Source of the DNA: Octopus bimaculoides
Lineage: Eukaryota
DNA: 54,132 nt
Direction of reading: 5' to 3'
NCBI RefSeq assembly: GCF_001194135.2
Contig: NC_068990.1
Location: 32,841,808 to 32,895,939 of the forward strand
The position numbers and the translations under genes were made by a program. Positions 49,581 to 54,132 of this stretch are shown in pieces. A model generated the notes under the pieces. That model worked only from the letters and a program-made list of their open reading frames with translations, was not told the DNA's origin and made no database searches. Each line of letters starts with the position of its first letter. Positions within the stretch are counted from its first letter, which is position 1.

Positions 49581-50389
49581 ATATATGATTGTATGTATTA
49601 TATGTATTTTCAACCTCATCAGCTCTAGGTATGGGGGAGACAACCAGTGTCAGTACCTGAACTCCTCACTCATAATATATATCAACTCACAAACACATCA
49701 CAAATAAAGAGATTGACTGAAAACTGCTAAATAAAAGCATTAAAAAATTGAGAATATTATCTGGAATTGGTAATCTAGGAATCTAATACTAATATTGCAA
49801 ACACCAATACCATCACTTGATTAACAATCGTCATGTGTGCTTTTGTTCACTTGAAATATATCACCATCAACTAATTTCAAGTCATCCTCTGGATACATTT
49901 TATCCATCTCCAGCTGATATTTATCAGAATGTAATAAATAAGTTCCAGTATCTCATCAGTTTTAAACAATTTATGTCTTTGTGTTGTAAACAAAGTATGT
50001 TAGAAGTGTTCAGCTGCCATCAGCTTCATGGTTGAAAAATTGGAAAAACGTATTCAAAACAACCACTAAAATAGCAACATTTGTGAGAAGACATTTGTAA
50101 ACAGCCTAATTCTGCACTGACAATATATCTTTATTTAGAATGGCCAATCTGTTTTTAATTTGACTGGATTTTAATGTGGAGTTAACCAATTCCAGCTATA
50201 TTGGAATATTTGCTGAATGTCAAGTCTGAAACTTCTGGTAAACAGGGAATATTGTCTGAGCAGGTTAATGCAGATGCCATGGTATATTTTCCATATGTCA
50301 TTCAAGTTAAGCTATCTGTCTGTGTTCGAGTGTGTGTGTGTGTGTGTAAATATAGATATGCCTGTGACATGTGAAATACACCCATGCCA

Positions 50390-50650
50390 ACAACATGTAA
50401 AAGGCACCTGTGCAGGTAACACATAGAAGGTACCCGTGTTGGGGACACAAAAAAGGTCCCCATGTTGGTGACACATAAAAAATACCCAGTACACTCTGTG
50501 GAGTGGTTGGCATTAGGAAGGGCACCCAGCTACAGAAACCAAGCTGAAACAGACTGGAGCCTTGTGCAGCTCCCTGGCTTACCAGCTCCAGTGAAACCAT
50601 CTTACACATGGTAGCATGGAAAACAGATGCTAAATGATGATGATGATGAT
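50390..50650 (+). mobile_element. Short repeat family C
   Basis: ggagtggttggcattaggaagggcacccagc...agcatggaaaacagatgctaaatgatgatg. Confidence 0.82.
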
Positions 50651-50668
50651 ATATATGTNNNNNNNNNN

Positions 50669-50709
<41 letters not shown>

Positions 50710-51638
50710 AATGGACAATATATGGATTTAACTAATCCTGTGGTATTCATAAAAAAGTTCCTTAAATGGATCAGGCTACAAACCACATAGTGAACGAAAA
50801 CAAAGGAAAGGGAGATAATGTATAGCTGGATGCAGATGAAATCCAGCAAATCCAATTGGTAATGATTATTACATTAGGAGTGTATAAAATATACCTTCTC
50901 TCTTTCTTCATATTTCATACACACACACACACATAAAAAGAGAGAGAGGTAGGGAGAGAGAACTGGTGTATAAACATCAAAAAATATATGCATGATAATT
51001 AGGATTCAAACAATAGGTCATTAAACTCCAATATGTTATATAACATTGTAGTAAATCCAGGAGGAGGGAAACCTTACATGTATATAGATACTCGGTTAAA
51101 ATGATCATTTAGAGTAGCGTATTTCAAATAAAAAGCAGAAGTTTCATAAATAGCTCATAATTTAATTACATTCAATAGCTGTTCCATTAGCAATGAGCAT
51201 CATTAATTCCATAATTACTTAATTAAGATATGTATTGAATCAGGTTAAATTAATTTTAATTAAATAAAGTGAAAATGATGCTTATCTCCAATTATTGAGA
51301 ATATTACTGGTTACATTATTCAGAATCTATTTCAATAATGGTTTCTGATTAACACTCATAATGTGCTTGCCGAATGCGGATAAACAAAATTAATTTAATT
51401 TAAAATCATTTAATTAATTAAATATCTTAATTATATATCTATGGAATTAATGAGGTTTACTTCTAATGAAACAGCTGTTGAATCTAATTAAATTATGAGC
51501 TATTTGTAAAATTTATGCTTTTTCTGCACTTTTTCTATCTGTCTGTCTATCTGAATGTGTTTGTGTTTGTGAGTGTATGTGTATGTATACATACATACAT
51601 ACATATATACATACATACATACAGAGACAGATAGATAA

Positions 51639-51830
<192 letters not shown>

Positions 51831-51889
51831 GAGTGGAATTTATCAAATACACTCTTACACATATTTCATTAATGAAAATGTCTGTTACT

Positions 51890-52124
51890 CAAGGTATTAC
51901 ATCACAATCAGATTGCACCATCAATTCATCAGAAATTGTATAACAAATGAAAAATTAGCCTTAATCGACTTTATATTAGTTTCACAGACTCATTGTTTCT
52001 ACAGAAACCGACTTCTGTAGATTCTGTGAAAATGATGTATCTGTTGAACATAAGGTTAATTTTTCATTTTGTATATAATCTCTGATGATCTAATGGTGCA
52101 ATCTGATTATTAGGTAATACCTTG
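51890..52124. repeat. 235-bp nested palindrome / fold-back element
   Basis: 74-bp imperfect outer arms (51890-51963 / 52051-52124); inner ttcacaga/tctgtgaa and ctacagaa/ttctgtag. Confidence 0.9.
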
Positions 52125-52369
52125 TATAAAAGGTATTTTTTGTAATGATAGATGTACAAGATTGCATTGAGTAAGCACAAAAAACTTATTTCCATTCTTG
52201 TTAATATATATGTATTCTGCATTTAGAATATTGACGGATAACAGCAGCAAAAGATTTCAAAAAATAATTCTACCTCTCTTCACTAATGGATCTTTCAAAC
52301 TATAATGGAACATATGAAGGTCTAAACATTAGTTATATGTCATTCTTTGTATACCACACACATAATCAT

Positions 52370-52570
52370 CATTATCCTCATTGTTTTAACGTCCATTTTT
52401 CTAAGCCTGCATAGGTTGGACTGCGTTTGTTGAGGCAGATTTTCAACAGCAGGATGCTCTTTCTGTTGTCTACCCTTATCTGCTTCCAAGCAAGTTTGTA
52501 TTTTCCAGTGGCCATACAGAATATTGGAAATGAATAAGACTGTTTGTACAACAGTGGCACTCCCAACTGT
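52370..52570 (-). mobile_element. Short repeat family C-like remnant
   Basis: cattgttttaacgtccattttt...ggttgga...aggatgctctttctgttg. Confidence 0.6.
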
Positions 52571-52929
52571 CATGCAATATATTTTAGTTTGATGCAAGTC
52601 TGATGAAGTGCCACTCTAATGTCTAAAACTACAAACATTACATAACTTTTACTTTGAATTTTTGCATAAACTGGTGTTGCAAGCAGAGCTGGTACAGAAA
52701 CAATTGTAAGAAATCATTAAAGATGTGTTAAAGAATTTCCCTATCATCTTATTATTTAGATTATAATTTACTCTTCATCAAACCAATACAAACGTGTTAC
52801 TAATGTGAATCTAGAATTTTCTATACTTGAAGAATTTTGGCATTGCTCTAGAACCAAGTAGTATTGATAACCTAATATTCGTGTTGAGTGGTTCTCTAGA
52901 AAAGAAAAAAATTAAGATATATATATATA

Positions 52930-54110
52930 CTAGCAGAGGCACCCGGCGTTGCTCGGGAATGAGATTGTTGCTTATATACTTGAAGAAAAAAAGGCAAAAT
53001 ATGCTGTATAGAAATTTGAGAGGACATTCTGTAGATGGACTTTCAGAGGAATAATGGCTGGGCGCCTCTCATGAATGGGGAAAATTGAAGATGTGCCAAA
53101 AAGCCTCATTGATACTTGGAAACTTTTACGAAAATTAAAATGGGGATTAAATGAAAAAAATGATTAACTGAATATCCTCACAAGAGTAATTGAAATAAAT
53201 GGCGATTGTGGAACGCCCCACGCACGCACTCACGCACGCACGCATACACACGTGTGTCTTTGTAAATATGTTTGTATACATTTATGTATGTGTGTGTTTG
53301 TAAGAGACAGAGTGTGAGTGAGTCAAGGGGTGTGTGTGTGCGTGTGTATGCGTGTGAGACAGAGTGAGAGAGCGGTGTGTATGTAGTATTTACTCTCTCT
53401 CTCTCTCATACACACGAACACACACAAAATAGAGTGAAGCTTTTTGCCGTTGATACGTCAATACCGGAGCACGGACACGCGCATACACGCGTGTGTCTTT
53501 GTAAATATGTTTATATACATTTATGTATGTGTGTGTTTGTAAGAGAGAGAGGTTTGTTGTCATGTATACGTACATGCATAAATATACATACATCTTTGGA
53601 TTTAAGCATATGACAACACAGCCCTTGACTCACTCACACTCTGTCTCTTACAAACACGCACGCGAGCGCATACACAGGTGCGTCTTTGTAAATATGTTTG
53701 TATACATTTATCTATGTGTGCGTTTGTAAGAGACAAAGTGTGAGTGAACAAGGGGTGTGTGTGTGCGTGTGTATGTGTGTGAGAGAGAGTGAGAGAGCGG
53801 TGTGTATGTAGTATTTACTCTCTCTCTCTCTCATACACACGAACACACACACTCACACGCAAAATAGAGAGTGAATCTTTTTGCCGTTGTTACGTCAATA
53901 CCGGAAGTTGACATTGAGGAATCTTTTTAAAGAAGTGAATCTTAAATATAAAGCAATATTATTTATTTTTAATTAAAAAAATCAAATGAAGAGCCTAAGA
54001 TTTATCCGAGGTCAAATTATTCACGCATCACAGGTATGGAAGCATTTGGTGAAGTCTATTTCACGTGAAAAGCGATTACACACACATCTCTGTTTTATAT
54101 ATAGTATAGA
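52930..54110 (-). mobile_element. Complete non-autonomous Helitron (1181 bp)
   Basis: On the - strand: A|TCTATACTATATATAAAAC ... hairpin cccgagcaacgccggg, 8 nt, CTAG|T; no TSD; inserted at an AT dinucleotide. Confidence 0.92.
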
Positions 54111-54132
54111 TAAATGTGTATATGTATATGTA

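Noticed and set aside
49595-49630. Second hammerhead (ctgatgaggttgaaaatac on the - strand)
   Set aside because: CUGAUGA and GAAA are present, but there is no stem II, no NUH site and no stem I partner.

Overview
AT-rich, microsatellite-dense eukaryotic DNA with six assembly gaps. It is most consistent with an octopus (coleoid cephalopod) short-read assembly; this is inferred from my recollection of the repeat families and was not verified by a search. No prokaryotic features, CRISPR array, rRNA or true tRNA gene were seen, and no protein-coding gene could be named. Almost all ORFs in the supplied track are microsatellite or N-gap artefacts. The window is mostly decayed transposons: two mariner copies of one family (one a 263-bp TIR-bounded miniature), a DD41D Tc1/mariner interrupted by a SINE with an 11-bp TSD, a Chapaev3-like transposase relic, RTE LINE fragments, several tRNA-derived SINE families, piggyBac-like TTAA MITEs, and non-autonomous Helitrons (one complete, one inverted partial twin, one gap-spanning with a PIF1-like remnant). 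A chain of short exon-like segments on the + strand (19.1-32.5 kb) ends in a degenerate EF-hand exon, and a second chain lies on the - strand (4.2-10.9 kb); both are unverified. The best leads for something undescribed are RNA structures: a minimal Penelope-type hammerhead ribozyme with one core substitution (49482-49518, -), a pre-miRNA-like hairpin (39146-39225), and several long inverted repeats that could be dsRNA/ADAR substrates. I found no convincing new multi-gene system.
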